NCBI GenBank assembly: GCA_028280285.1
Contig: JANQMA010000001.1
Coordinates: forward strand, 7,184-71,183
Reading direction: 5' to 3'
Source: Candidatus Omnitrophota bacterium
GTDB lineage: Bacteria; Omnitrophota; Gorgyraeia; Zapsychrales; Zapsychraceae
DNA: 64,000 nucleotides
Positions 27,904 through 37,881 of this stretch are shown one piece after another (within the stretch, counting starts at the first letter, position 1; each line of letters starts with the position of its first letter). The position numbers and the translations under genes are program-made. The notes beneath the pieces were generated by a model. It had not been told where the DNA came from. It saw nothing but the letters and a program-made list of their open reading frames with translations, and ran no database searches.

Positions 27904-30348
27904 CTAAAGGGTTCGTAGGCTGAAGAGTGCTTTGGTTGAAATGGTGTGGGGTTTTCCCGCCTGAAGCTGATAGGTCTTCCCCTTAATGGTGATCGGTATC
28001 TTCGTCGATGGTTGAAGCGAAACCTGGCTAAGCGGTTCAGCGATGACACGAAGTGAATCTTTAGAAACAGTAACATCAAACCAGATATTCCGGTACCGGA
28101 CGTGAAACCTGATCTCTTGCCAGTGTTGTGGAAGGTGCGGATCCAGACAAATCCTGTCTTCCATAATATGCAGTCCTGCAAAACTGCGTAGAAAAAGGTC
28201 AATTGTGCTTCCCATAACGCCAGCATGAATACCTTCTTGCGTTGTGCCGCCTTGCGTGTCATAAATATCACTTTTAAGTGCATCGACAAAATACTCCATG
28301 GACTGCTCGGTGTTTCCTATAAGTCCGGCGACATGCGCAAAGACAACGCGCGATAATGTCGACCCATGACTTGTACGTTTTAAATAGTAATCGAAATTTT
28401 TCTTAAAAATCGATTTTTTAAACGAATAGCCAAGTCTCTCCAACGCCTCTTTAAGCTCCTCGATATTTAGAACATAGAACAACATCAAAACATCGGCCTG
28501 CTTGGCAACCTTGTAACTATCAGGCGAAAGTCCTTCGGCCTTTAAGATCCTATCGATTCTGTGAATATCATCGTACTTACGTTTGTACTCATCCCAGTTA
28601 AGTTCTTCTAGTTCGCTGTATCCTTCAAACTGCTCAATAAAACCCTTCTCATCAATCGGTACAAACATATTATGGGAAATGTTACGCCAGCGGGCGATCT
28701 CTTCCTCATCAATCTCTGTCTTAATCAAAAGCGCTTCTTTGTCTTCATCGGATAAAATATCATCAATAATATGCAATGCCTTTTGTAAAACCCAAACAAC
28801 CATCACATTGGTATAAGCATTGTTATTAATACCGCCCTCGGCCACGCCCGGATATTTTTCATGAAATTCGTCGGGACCCATCACCCCTTCGATCACATAC
28901 TTTTTTTTCTTTTTATCGCGTTTAGCAATGCTGGACCAAAAATGCGCAATCTCCAAAATCATCTCAGCCCCATACCGGTCAAGAAAATCCCTGTCTCCCG
29001 TCGTGTAATAATAAGTCCAGACATTATAGGCAACCGCAAGGGAAACATGCCTTTGCAAACTGCTATAATCAGGACCCCATGTTCCCGACATAGGATTAAG
29101 ATGAACAATTTGCGTAACTTCTTCTCCGGTCGATGCTGTCTGCCATGGATACATCGCTCCTTTGTAATTGTGCTGTTTGGCGTTTTCCTTGGCCGCCGGC
29201 AAGCGCCGGTAGCGATACATTAAAAGCGCACGGGTGATTTCCGGTGCACGTAAGTTATAAAACGGAAAGATATAAAGCTCATCCCAAAAGATATGGCCGC
29301 GATAAGCCTCTCCGTGCAGCCCGCGCACCGGCATGCCCGCATCAATATCTTCATTGTAAGTTGACGCTGATTGGAGTAGATGAAAAGCATGCAGGCGAAG
29401 CGTAAGTTGTACAAAATCATCCCCTTTAACCTCAACATCAAATTTTTTCCAAAGGGCCTTCCATTTGGCTTGATGCGGTTTATAGAGATGATCAAAACTT
29501 TCGATGGCGCTGACTGTTTCCTGGGCTTTATCACAATTGTTGGCAACCCCCTGATCACGCGATGTATAAATGCTTACTAACTTCTCGACGGAATAGCGCT
29601 CCCCTTGTGTGGCATTAATGGTAAAATCCTGCCATATTCTCTGCCGTCCATGCGTTAAGATAGACACTTTAGGAAAGATACGTTCGCCATTTTGATAAAT
29701 AAGTGTGCGGATCGCCTCGGTGATTTCGATTTGGGATTGATTAGTCTTCATTTGCAGGAAAACACCGTCTTCACCAAATTCGCCATGCGATAAAGGCTCA
29801 AGATGCGTTGAGATAAGTTGTTTATAACGCTCAACGCCGGCGTTTATGATAAGACCATCGATGCCACTGCGAAAGGTTATCGGTTCGCTATAATTTTCAG
29901 GAGTTATAGTGCAACGCAAAGCACCGGCATGCGGATTGGCCATGCTGACAATACGATGATTTTCAATCAGTGTAATACGTCCTTTATTGTCCTGCCATCT
30001 AATCCGACGGGAAAGCATGCCTCTCTGCAAGTTAAGCTCAACCTTCCATGTCAAAATCTTACCGGCATTGCGTGTAAACCAAGAATCGTCGCCTATGCGA
30101 AAATTAAGCGCAAGCCAGTTAGGACAATTAACGAAGTCTTCATTATAAATTGTGCGTGAAGCAACTTCGGTTGGAAGAGTATTGTAGACACCGGCGATAT
30201 ACGTGCCGGGATAATGAACCTTTGTGGCAAAATTTTCCGGAGAAGCACCGCGCGTACCGAAATACCCATTCCCGAGTGTACATAAAGCTTCCCTTAGGTT
30301 TTCTTCTTCCGGATCAAATTTATTATATGTTAACTTCCAGGTATTCAT
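27904..30348 (-). CDS. glycoside hydrolase family 65 disaccharide phosphorylase (trehalose, trehalose-6-P, maltose or kojibiose phosphorylase-like)
   Basis: 814 aa; GH65 N-terminal, catalytic (alpha/alpha)6 and C-terminal domains. Confidence 0.85.
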   Translation of the reverse strand: MNTWKLTYNKFDPEEENLREALCTLGNGYFGTRGASPENFATKVHYPGTYIAGVYNTLPTEVASRTIYNEDFVNCPNWLALNFRIGDDSWFTRNAGKILTWKVELNLQRGMLSRRIRWQDNKGRITLIENHRIVSMANPHAGALRCTITPENYSEPITFRSGIDGLIINAGVERYKQLISTHLEPLSHGEFGEDGVFLQMKTNQSQIEITEAIRTLIYQNGERIFPKVSILTHGRQRIWQDFTINATQGERYSVEKLVSIYTSRDQGVANNCDKAQETVSAIESFDHLYKPHQAKWKALWKKFDVEVKGDDFVQLTLRLHAFHLLQSASTYNEDIDAGMPVRGLHGEAYRGHIFWDELYIFPFYNLRAPEITRALLMYRYRRLPAAKENAKQHNYKGAMYPWQTASTGEEVTQIVHLNPMSGTWGPDYSSLQRHVSLAVAYNVWTYYYTTGDRDFLDRYGAEMILEIAHFWSSIAKRDKKKKKYVIEGVMGPDEFHEKYPGVAEGGINNNAYTNVMVVWVLQKALHIIDDILSDEDKEALLIKTEIDEEEIARWRNISHNMFVPIDEKGFIEQFEGYSELEELNWDEYKRKYDDIHRIDRILKAEGLSPDSYKVAKQADVLMLFYVLNIEELKEALERLGYSFKKSIFKKNFDYYLKRTSHGSTLSRVVFAHVAGLIGNTEQSMEYFVDALKSDIYDTQGGTTQEGIHAGVMGSTIDLFLRSFAGLHIMEDRICLDPHLPQHWQEIRFHVRYRNIWFDVTVSKDSLRVIAEPLSQVSLQPSTKIPITIKGKTYQLQAGKPHTISTKALFSLRTL

Positions 30349-30367
30349 TCGGATTTATTCTTTAATT

Positions 30368-30432
30368 AAAGGTGCTAGGTGTGAGGTTTTGGGTTTTAGT
30401 TGACTAACCCCTAACACCTAAAACCTAAGACC
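30368..30432. repeat. REP-like hairpin repeat (family B, copy 2)
   Basis: AGGTGTgAGGTTTTGGGTTTTAGTtGACTAACcCCTAaCACCTAAAACCTAAgACC between otsB and the GH65 gene. Confidence 0.6.
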
Positions 30433-31225
30433 TTTTATCTATTAAAAACCTCAACACTTCTTTCACTTCGTCTGTATTTTTTACCAAAAAATCTGCATGC
30501 GATTCTCTTAAATTCTCAGCAACTAAAATGCCAAACCCTTTATCCTTTAAAATACGAAAGGCATCCTCGTCGGTAGTATCATCGCCAATATAGATCGCAA
30601 TTTGATTGGAAGGTTCAAATTGAAGAACATCTAAAATCCACTCAACAGCTTTGCCTTTATCCCAATCAATTTTAGGGCGGACTTCAAAAACCCTTTTGCC
30701 GTAGGTTATTCGTAGTTGAGGATATTTTTGAACCACACCTTCCACTCTTTGTTTAAATTCATCAACATCATTGTCTGCAATCAATCGGTAATGTGCCGAA
30801 ACAGTATACTTCACATCTTCAATCAGTGCGCCGTTAATATCACGCGTAAGATCTGAAAGTTCTTTAAAAACTTGCTCAATATTTGCCCTAGCTTGCTTGG
30901 CCTTTTCATTGATTGTGACATTTCCTTGAGAATCAATGATTTCAAATCCATGGCTTCCGGCATAAAATAAGTGATCGAGGCCAACCTTTTGTGATACATC
31001 GTCGGTTGCGCGTCCGCTGACAATCGCAACAGACTTATTTGCAGATAATTTATTAACTAGTTGCTTCGTATCCTCTGCAATAACTGCCAGATCAGGTGTG
31101 TCAACAATCGGCGTTAATGTCCCGTCATAGTCGAGAAAAGTAACAATCTCTTTGTTACCCATTAGAGCATTAACCTCATCGAGATTCTCAAAAAAATTTT
31201 TTATTTTTGCTTCTGACAAAACCAT
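30425..31225 (-). CDS. otsB: trehalose-6-phosphate phosphatase
   Basis: 266 aa; HAD-IIB motifs (FLDYDGTLTPIV); otsB family. Start may be the internal ATG (MGNKEIVTF) at 31162. Confidence 0.8.
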   Translation of the reverse strand: MVLSEAKIKNFFENLDEVNALMGNKEIVTFLDYDGTLTPIVDTPDLAVIAEDTKQLVNKLSANKSVAIVSGRATDDVSQKVGLDHLFYAGSHGFEIIDSQGNVTINEKAKQARANIEQVFKELSDLTRDINGALIEDVKYTVSAHYRLIADNDVDEFKQRVEGVVQKYPQLRITYGKRVFEVRPKIDWDKGKAVEWILDVLQFEPSNQIAIYIGDDTTDEDAFRILKDKGFGILVAENLRESHADFLVKNTDEVKEVLRFLIDKRS

Positions 31226-31974
31226 GCCTCTATCTTTTGTAAATTTGTTTCACTAAAGTCTTCAATAACAACATCGGCCCCGTTTTGCTTGAGCTCTTCG
31301 GCATTGTTTTCACGTGCAAGTCCGATCACAAGACCAAAGTTCCCATTTCGCCCGGCAGCAACACCAGAAGCCGCATCTTCTACCACAATCGACTCGCTTG
31401 GTTTGCAACCCATATTTTCCGCCGCCTTGATAAAAATATCCGGCGCCGGTTTGCCGTTTAAACCTAGCTCGGCCGAAACAACCCCATCGACACGCGTTTC
31501 GAAATTTTGATCCAAGCCGACTGCTTCAAGCACATATGCACAATTTTTGCTTGATGAGGCAACGCCAATATGGATATTATTTGCTTTTAGCTGTTCAATT
31601 AATTCAACAGTAGACGGATATATTTTAACGCCATCGCGCTCAAGGACTTCAACAAATTTTGTATTTTTCCTATTGCCAAGTCCGCATACGGTTTCAGCAT
31701 CCTCATTATCGGCCGGATCACCAAAAGGAATGTCAATACCCCGCGATTCAAGAAAGCTCTTTACCCCGTCATAGCGGGGCTTGCCGTCAACATAGGGCAG
31801 ATAATCATTTTCGTGGGTAAACTCTTTAAAGGGAATATTGTCGCGGGCCGCGACTTTTTGAAGATATTCATCAAACATGGCCTTCCAAGCCGCCGCATGG
31901 ACAAGCGCTGTCTGGGTAATGACTCCATCTAAATCAAATACAACCGCTTTAAATGTAAGGTTTTGCGCACTCAT
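31201..31974 (-). CDS. pgmB: beta-phosphoglucomutase
   Basis: 257 aa; HAD DxD motif AVVFDLDGVITQT; beta-PGM family. Confidence 0.8.
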   Translation of the reverse strand: MSAQNLTFKAVVFDLDGVITQTALVHAAAWKAMFDEYLQKVAARDNIPFKEFTHENDYLPYVDGKPRYDGVKSFLESRGIDIPFGDPADNEDAETVCGLGNRKNTKFVEVLERDGVKIYPSTVELIEQLKANNIHIGVASSSKNCAYVLEAVGLDQNFETRVDGVVSAELGLNGKPAPDIFIKAAENMGCKPSESIVVEDAASGVAAGRNGNFGLVIGLARENNAEELKQNGADVVIEDFSETNLQKIEAWFCQKQK

Positions 31975-32065
31975 AATGAGTACTCATTGTACATGCATTG
32001 GTAGGATAAGTCAAAAAACGACCGCCCCGCGCACCGGGTGCAGGAGCACCCGGTGCAAAAAACGG

Positions 32066-32599
32066 TTACCTTATATATAATGAAAGTGCGGTAAGGGTTT
32101 TGTAGCCGATTTTGCCGTCACTTTTAAGGTTGTGGTCCTTTTGGAAGGCAAGGAGCGCCTTTTTACTCCTTGGGCCAAACTTGCCGTCTATTTTCCCAAC
32201 AGCATAACCGGCGTAAGACAGTGCTTCCTGGATTTTTTCAATATTAAGCTCGCCCTCGCCAATAAATCCATTGTCTTTAAATCGCTTTAGCGCATCCCAT
32301 GTCTGATTATCAACAAACCGTGAGGGCTCGATACCATTATCCCGTTGAAACTTCTCTATCGAATTTCTTGTCCGTGTGCCCAAAACCCCGTCCGTTTTGC
32401 CCACATTATATCCGTAAATATTCAACAGCTTTTGTATTTCCTCGACCGTTGGATTGGGTTCAAACGGCATGGCCTCGCCTACCAATGTCTTCTCTTCGGC
32501 CCCTTGCTTATCTATCATACGATAAACAAAATCACACCCGGATAAAAAGGAGACAAGCGTGACTAATAAAATAGACAATATGTTTATTTTAGAAAACAC
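32066..32599 (-). CDS. lipoprotein with two peptidoglycan-binding (PG_binding_1) repeats
   Basis: 177 aa; lipobox LSGC; two copies of the GxxTxxAixxFQ PG-binding repeat. Confidence 0.7.
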   Translation of the reverse strand: MFSKINILSILLVTLVSFLSGCDFVYRMIDKQGAEEKTLVGEAMPFEPNPTVEEIQKLLNIYGYNVGKTDGVLGTRTRNSIEKFQRDNGIEPSRFVDNQTWDALKRFKDNGFIGEGELNIEKIQEALSYAGYAVGKIDGKFGPRSKKALLAFQKDHNLKSDGKIGYKTLTALSLYIR

Positions 32600-32612
32600 C
32601 GAACGGATAAGT

Positions 32613-32795
32613 CTACCACATATTTTCTCTGATCCATTGATCAGCTTTATATATCCAGTTTTCTTTATATTCTTTGGAAGGCTCTTTGGAAGAAAATATA
32701 TAGGTTGCGTCCTTTTTTAAGCCCTTGGCTGTTTCACAGGCTTGCAGAGGCAGTGTAAGAATTAATACAAATAAAATAGCCGCCGGGCGTTTCAT
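32613..32795 (-). CDS. small lipoprotein (hypothetical)
   Basis: 60 aa; signal peptide plus lipobox LQAC. Confidence 0.4.
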   Translation of the reverse strand: MKRPAAILFVLILTLPLQACETAKGLKKDATYIFSSKEPSKEYKENWIYKADQWIRENMW

Positions 32796-32810
32796 TGAAA
32801 CTCCTTTTAT

Positions 32811-34142
32811 TTATGGCAGTGATTTTTTAAGACGTTCAACCACTCTTTTTTGCCCTAAGATGGCTGCAATGTGAAACAAGCTTGGGCCAACGGCCTTACC
32901 TGTCAAAGCAACCCTTAAGGGATGAATCAAGTCTGATGATTTTAATTGTAGCGCAGTTACTTTTTCTTTAAAAGTTTTTTCCACATTTTCTGCCGAAAAC
33001 GTCTCAACCCCTTCAAAGGAATCTGTAAGTTGAGAAAAGACATCTTTTAATTTGGTGACAAGATGTTTTTGGGCAGCATCCTGATCGACTTCATAATTAT
33101 CTGTAAAGAAAAAGTCGGTCCATTCCAAAAAGTCATTTAGGGTTGAAATTCTTCCTTTATAAAGATCAACAATTTTACCCAACCAATCATTATCGGTATC
33201 ATCATCAATAAATCCTTTACTCTTCAATCTTTCCTCAAGCAACTCTATTACCTGATCAACGCTTTTCTGTTTGAGGTATTCAGAATTAACCCAATTTAGT
33301 TTATCCATAGAAAAAATCGCGGCAGAATTATTCACCTTTTTTATAGAAAACTTTTTAATCGCATTTTCGATTGTTATAATTTCCTGATTATTGCCCGGCG
33401 ACCAGCCCAGAAGCATTAAATAATTATCCAATGCATCGGGTAAATATCCTTTAAGTTTATAATCACTGACCGCAACCGCCCCGAATCTTTTGGATAGACG
33501 CGATCCATCCTCCCCCATAATAAGTGGAAGATGCGCGTATTTAGGCGGTTTAAGTCCGAGTGCTTGATAAATCAGAATTTGTTTAGGGGTGTTGGAAATG
33601 TGATCCTCTCCGCGGATAACATGCGTTATTTCCATAAGCGCATCATCAATCGCACAACAAAAACTGTAAGCCGGCGAACCATCACTTTTGATAAGCACTT
33701 CATCTTTGAGTTGCGTATTGCCTTCTTTATCTAATACCGGTTTATTATTTTCATCACGTAAAATAAAATTGGATGTGTCGAAGGTGATTTCTCCCCGGAT
33801 AATATCATATATTTTTATTTCTTCAGAGTTAACTTTAAGCAAGACAGCCTCACCATCTTTATAGGCCTTACCTTCATTTATTAACTTCTCTGCATATTCT
33901 TTATACAAATCAAATCGATCAGTCTGATAATAGAGTTCGTCCCAATCCATGCCGAGCCATTTCATGCTGCTGAGGATTTCTTCCTCATACTCTTTTTTGG
34001 AACGCACGCGGTCGGTATCTTCTATCCGCAGGACAAACACACCTTTTTGCGCGCGTGCATACAAATAATTGAACAAGGCGGTTCGCGCACCCCCTATATG
34101 AAGAAATCCTGTTGGGCTTGGCGCAAATCTTGCTTTAACCAT
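32811..34142 (-). CDS. gltX: glutamyl-tRNA synthetase
   Basis: 443 aa; HIGH motif (PSPTGFLHIGGARTALFN) and KMSKS-like (RLSKR). Confidence 0.93.
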   Translation of the reverse strand: MVKARFAPSPTGFLHIGGARTALFNYLYARAQKGVFVLRIEDTDRVRSKKEYEEEILSSMKWLGMDWDELYYQTDRFDLYKEYAEKLINEGKAYKDGEAVLLKVNSEEIKIYDIIRGEITFDTSNFILRDENNKPVLDKEGNTQLKDEVLIKSDGSPAYSFCCAIDDALMEITHVIRGEDHISNTPKQILIYQALGLKPPKYAHLPLIMGEDGSRLSKRFGAVAVSDYKLKGYLPDALDNYLMLLGWSPGNNQEIITIENAIKKFSIKKVNNSAAIFSMDKLNWVNSEYLKQKSVDQVIELLEERLKSKGFIDDDTDNDWLGKIVDLYKGRISTLNDFLEWTDFFFTDNYEVDQDAAQKHLVTKLKDVFSQLTDSFEGVETFSAENVEKTFKEKVTALQLKSSDLIHPLRVALTGKAVGPSLFHIAAILGQKRVVERLKKSLP

Positions 34143-34160
34143 GAAAATTTAAAAGGGGGG

Positions 34161-34550
34161 TTATGTATAAGGAACTTCTTTATTATTTTTGACTAGGCGT
34201 TTAACAATAACACTTAGGCGCTCCCGGTCTTCATCGCCCAGTGCGTTAAACTCAATGCCAACGTCGTAATAGAGCGGCTTTTTCTTTTCATCCATTTTAC
34301 GCTGGACGTTCCAGACAACTTTACCAGTACACTTAATATGAGATCCGAGATCAAGTAAATCAAGTTCAAGCTCAACGGTGGAAAACATTTTTATGTTTTT
34401 TTTCAAAATAACACATACGCCACCTACACCGACATTTTCAGTGTGTGTTAAAAGAACGTCGGGATCCTTGCTGTCCTTTTTTAGAACAACCAAACAAGGA
34501 TAATTGACGCGCGGAAACTTTCTGCGATTTAATCCATCCCATCTGGACAT
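34161..34550 (-). CDS. PilZ domain protein
   Basis: 129 aa; RRKFPRV (RxxxR) and DxSxxG-like c-di-GMP binding motifs. Confidence 0.7.
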   Translation of the reverse strand: MSRWDGLNRRKFPRVNYPCLVVLKKDSKDPDVLLTHTENVGVGGVCVILKKNIKMFSTVELELDLLDLGSHIKCTGKVVWNVQRKMDEKKKPLYYDVGIEFNALGDEDRERLSVIVKRLVKNNKEVPYT

Positions 34551-34615
34551 ATTAACCCTTTCACTTGTAAAGCTGACATATTTCCTTCAAATTATAATAT
34601 AGCCCTATAACGACC

Positions 34616-35416
34616 TCAAGAAGTTTCAGAAGAAATAAATTTTTCCTGAATTCGTTTAATCGCTTTTGCGTGTCCGGTCTTTGGATCGAGTTTTACCACA
34701 ACCCCCGATAAGGTTCCGTCCCCTTGCGCCACCTTAAACCTTTTCGGCATGCTGGTTAAAAAACGGTCAATTATATTAACCTTATTTTGTCCTATAACAG
34801 AATCATACGGGCCTGTCATGCCGAGATCGGTTATATACGCTGTACCTTCAGATAATATTTTCTCATCAGCCGTTTGAATATGGGTGTGCGTGCCGTATAA
34901 AGCGGTGACCTTACCATCGGCAAAATGTCCGATCGCAACCTTTTCACTGGTCGTCTCTGCATGCATATCAACAAATATAATAGGCGTTTCTTTTGTAATT
35001 TCCTTGACCGCTTTTTCGAGAACCCTAAACGGGCATTCAACCTGATAGCGCATAAAAACGCGGCCTAACAGGTTAACGACACCTACTTTTACGCCCTTAT
35101 CGGTTTCTTTGATGCAGTAACCAACTCCTGGTGTGCCTTCGGGAAAGTTTAAAGGCCTGATAACATCCGTGGATTCATCAAGGTAGGTTTCGAGTTCTTT
35201 TTGATCCCAAACATGATCACCTAAGGTCAAAACGTCACAACCAAGCTTAAAAAGTTGCTTGGCAATGCGTGGGGTAAGCCCGGATCCGCCGGCGGAATTC
35301 TCGGCATTAACGATCGTGAAATCAATGTTTTCCCGTCTTTTGATATCATCTAAAAGCCCGCCTAATGCATCGCGCCCCGGCTTTCCCACAATATCTCCAA
35401 TACACAGTACGTTCAT
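34616..35416 (-). CDS. ymdB: YmdB-family metallophosphoesterase
   Basis: 266 aa; MNVLCIGDIVGKPGR N-terminus; TIGR00282-like. Sits immediately downstream of rny, as in the conserved rny-ymdB pair. Confidence 0.85.
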   Translation of the reverse strand: MNVLCIGDIVGKPGRDALGGLLDDIKRRENIDFTIVNAENSAGGSGLTPRIAKQLFKLGCDVLTLGDHVWDQKELETYLDESTDVIRPLNFPEGTPGVGYCIKETDKGVKVGVVNLLGRVFMRYQVECPFRVLEKAVKEITKETPIIFVDMHAETTSEKVAIGHFADGKVTALYGTHTHIQTADEKILSEGTAYITDLGMTGPYDSVIGQNKVNIIDRFLTSMPKRFKVAQGDGTLSGVVVKLDPKTGHAKAIKRIQEKFISSETS

Positions 35417-35424
35417 CGCAAACC

Positions 35425-37002
35425 CTACTTGGCGTATTCAACCGCTCTTTTTTCACGAAGCACAACCACCTTAATCTGACCGGGGTACTCCATTTCTTCT
35501 TCGACTTTTTTACGGATGTCTCTTGCCAAAACAAGTGACTCATCATCATTGATTTTTTCAGGATCAACCAATATGCGGATTTCACGACCGGCTTGAAGAG
35601 CGAATGTTTTGCTCACGCCCTTAAAAGAATTGGCAATGCGCTCCAAGTTCTCAAGACGTTTAACATACGTTTCAAGTGTCTCAGCACGCGCGCCCGGACG
35701 GGCAGCACTAATGGCATCCGCTGCTTGCACCAAAACACCATAAATGGTGTGGCACTCAACCTCATCATGATGAGATTCAACGGCATTGGCCACTTCTTCT
35801 TTTTCGCCATACTTTCTGGAAAGATTCCCTCCGACGATCGCATGCGTCCCTTCTTCTACATCCTGACTAACAACTTTTCCTATGTCATGCAGAAGACCTG
35901 CCCGCATCGCAAGTTTGGCATCAAGCCCTAATTGAGATGCCATGGCACCACAAAGCATAGCCACTTCTTTGGTATGCTGCAGACCATTTTGTCCATAACT
36001 TGTTCTAAACTTAAGTTTCCCGACAAGCTTAAGTAGTTCAACATGCATGCCATGAATACTTAGGTCAAAAGCAACTTTCTCGCCTTCTTCTTTAATGACA
36101 TTTTCCATTTCCTTCTTTGCCTTTTCCACAACCTCTTCAATGCGCCCAGGGTGAATGCGGCCATCTGCAATTAAGCTTTCGAGTGCAATACGTGCAATTT
36201 CTCGCCTATAAATATCAAACCCGGAAACGGTCACCGCCTCCGGTGTATCGTCAATAATAATATCAACCCCGGCCGCCGCTTCAAGGGCACGGATATTTCG
36301 CCCCTCACGCCCGATAATACGCCCTTTCATCTCATCATTAGGAAGCATGACAACGGTCACAGTTGTCGCCGCTGTATGCTCTGAGGCGCATCTTTGAATA
36401 GCATTTGAAATAACATTTTGTGCCGACTTGCTCACATTCTCATTGATTTCCTGTTCCATATTGCGTATACGCACTGCTTTTTCGGAAACCAGCTCATCAT
36501 CGATTCTTTTAAGAAGGAGTTTTTTCGCATCGTGCTCAGACATGCGCGAAATGGTAAGGAGTTTTTCCTTCTCTTCTTTAAGGACTTTATCTAGATCTTC
36601 ATTTTTACCTTGAATATCTGATTCTTTTTGTTGTACATCTTTGAGGCGTTCTTCAACGTCTTTTTCCTTTTTTTCCAGAATATCGACGCGTTTTTCCATA
36701 TTTTCTTCTTTTTGAACAACTCTTTTTTCTATCGCTAAGAGTTCATCCCGTCGATCTTTTGTCTCGGTCTCAAACTCCTGGCGAAGCTTGAGCATCATAT
36801 CTTTACCTTGCAGCTCGACTTCTTTCTTTAGATTGGTGGTTTCTTTTTCCGCTGAGGCCAATAGCGTCTTTGCTCTCTGTTCTGCATCATGCAATTTTTT
36901 CCCGGCAAAAAACCAGCGTAGGAGGTAGCCGGAAAAAAACATAACCATCGCAGATACAGAATACACCAAACTTTGCGTATATATATCAAGTTCTTCGAAC
37001 AT
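35425..37002 (-). CDS. rny: ribonuclease Y
   Basis: 525 aa; N-terminal TM, coiled-coil, KH domain and HD domain (HDIGK). Confidence 0.92.
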   Translation of the reverse strand: MFEELDIYTQSLVYSVSAMVMFFSGYLLRWFFAGKKLHDAEQRAKTLLASAEKETTNLKKEVELQGKDMMLKLRQEFETETKDRRDELLAIEKRVVQKEENMEKRVDILEKKEKDVEERLKDVQQKESDIQGKNEDLDKVLKEEKEKLLTISRMSEHDAKKLLLKRIDDELVSEKAVRIRNMEQEINENVSKSAQNVISNAIQRCASEHTAATTVTVVMLPNDEMKGRIIGREGRNIRALEAAAGVDIIIDDTPEAVTVSGFDIYRREIARIALESLIADGRIHPGRIEEVVEKAKKEMENVIKEEGEKVAFDLSIHGMHVELLKLVGKLKFRTSYGQNGLQHTKEVAMLCGAMASQLGLDAKLAMRAGLLHDIGKVVSQDVEEGTHAIVGGNLSRKYGEKEEVANAVESHHDEVECHTIYGVLVQAADAISAARPGARAETLETYVKRLENLERIANSFKGVSKTFALQAGREIRILVDPEKINDDESLVLARDIRKKVEEEMEYPGQIKVVVLREKRAVEYAK

Positions 37003-37044
37003 GATTATCTCCTTTTGTATGATTACCCTTTAAGAAAAGAAGAA

Positions 37045-37611
37045 TTAATTGGTTATAACTGTGGAAAGACGCGCATCATGGGGCTCAATAAACGTAAGTT
37101 CATCAAACATTTGAAAATCATAGGCAAGACCAATGGTAGACACTTCATCCCCTATGCTATTGAGCAAACGGTCATAGAAACCGCCGCCACGGCCAAGTCT
37201 GTTGTTTTGTTTATCAAAGGCAAGACCAGGGACAATAATAACAGTTTCATTGTTATCAATTTCCATTTCAAGTGACTGGTCTGTGGATGGCTCTTTGATT
37301 CCAAATGAACCTTCTTGGCAATCATCTATACTACAACCTAAGCGCATAGGAATTATACAATTGTTTGTTTTATCTACCTTTGGCAGTCCAATTTTTTTGC
37401 CTAACATTTCCGCTTCTTTAATCATAGGAAATGTGTCGACCTCCCCATCAAATGATGCATAAAAAAGCACTTGCCGGGCTTTTTGAAATGCAGGCATTTC
37501 ATATAACTTTGCGGCAATGTTGGTGCTTTTACTGATTCTTTCCGATTCTTCCTGATTTCGTATAAGGGTTAAAACCCTGTTGCGAAGGGTTTGTTTATTG
37601 TTAATTTCCAC
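37045..37611 (-). CDS. 5-formyltetrahydrofolate cyclo-ligase
   Basis: 188 aa; 5-FTHF cyclo-ligase family (GGGFYDRLL). Confidence 0.85.
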   Translation of the reverse strand: MEINNKQTLRNRVLTLIRNQEESERISKSTNIAAKLYEMPAFQKARQVLFYASFDGEVDTFPMIKEAEMLGKKIGLPKVDKTNNCIIPMRLGCSIDDCQEGSFGIKEPSTDQSLEMEIDNNETVIIVPGLAFDKQNNRLGRGGGFYDRLLNSIGDEVSTIGLAYDFQMFDELTFIEPHDARLSTVITN

Positions 37612-37639
37612 TTAAGTACCTAATCAACGCATCGGCTTT

Positions 37640-37830
37640 CCGGCCGACTGCCTATTCTAGCATTGATGATAATTTTTGACAACTTCCTTATATTTCATTC
37701 CCGCTTATGCGGTCGAGTAAACAAATAGGTGAACCTGACACCCAAGTGGGAAGCGTCCCCTAAAGGCCCTCAGGCCAAAGGTGGGCCGCCTTGCAGATCC
37801 GGATAAGCCGGATGGCATTTCTCCCTATAA
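37640..37830 (-). ncRNA. ssrS: candidate structured ncRNA, possibly 6S RNA (ssrS); boundaries approximate
   Basis: A 270-bp ORF-free, GC-rich gap immediately upstream (minus sense) of the 5-FCL gene, with many local hairpins. ssrS-ygfA (5-FCL) linkage is widely conserved. Not verified by covariance model. Confidence 0.3.
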
Positions 37831-37881
37831 TAATGCATTGGTTCTCTAGATATAATTACTCTAACCAGCACAGCAGGAATA

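Noticed and set aside
27816-28289. 157-aa ORF overlapping the 3' end of the GH65 gene
   Set aside because: Alternate frame of the GH65 gene, Arg/Ser-rich junk translation.
37612-37881. ZTP (pfl) riboswitch upstream of the folate gene
   Set aside because: Only weak resemblance (CGACCGC...GCGGG) to the ZTP pseudoknot or P3 consensus; key GGGUCGUGAC-like segment not found. Kept only as a generic structured-RNA candidate.
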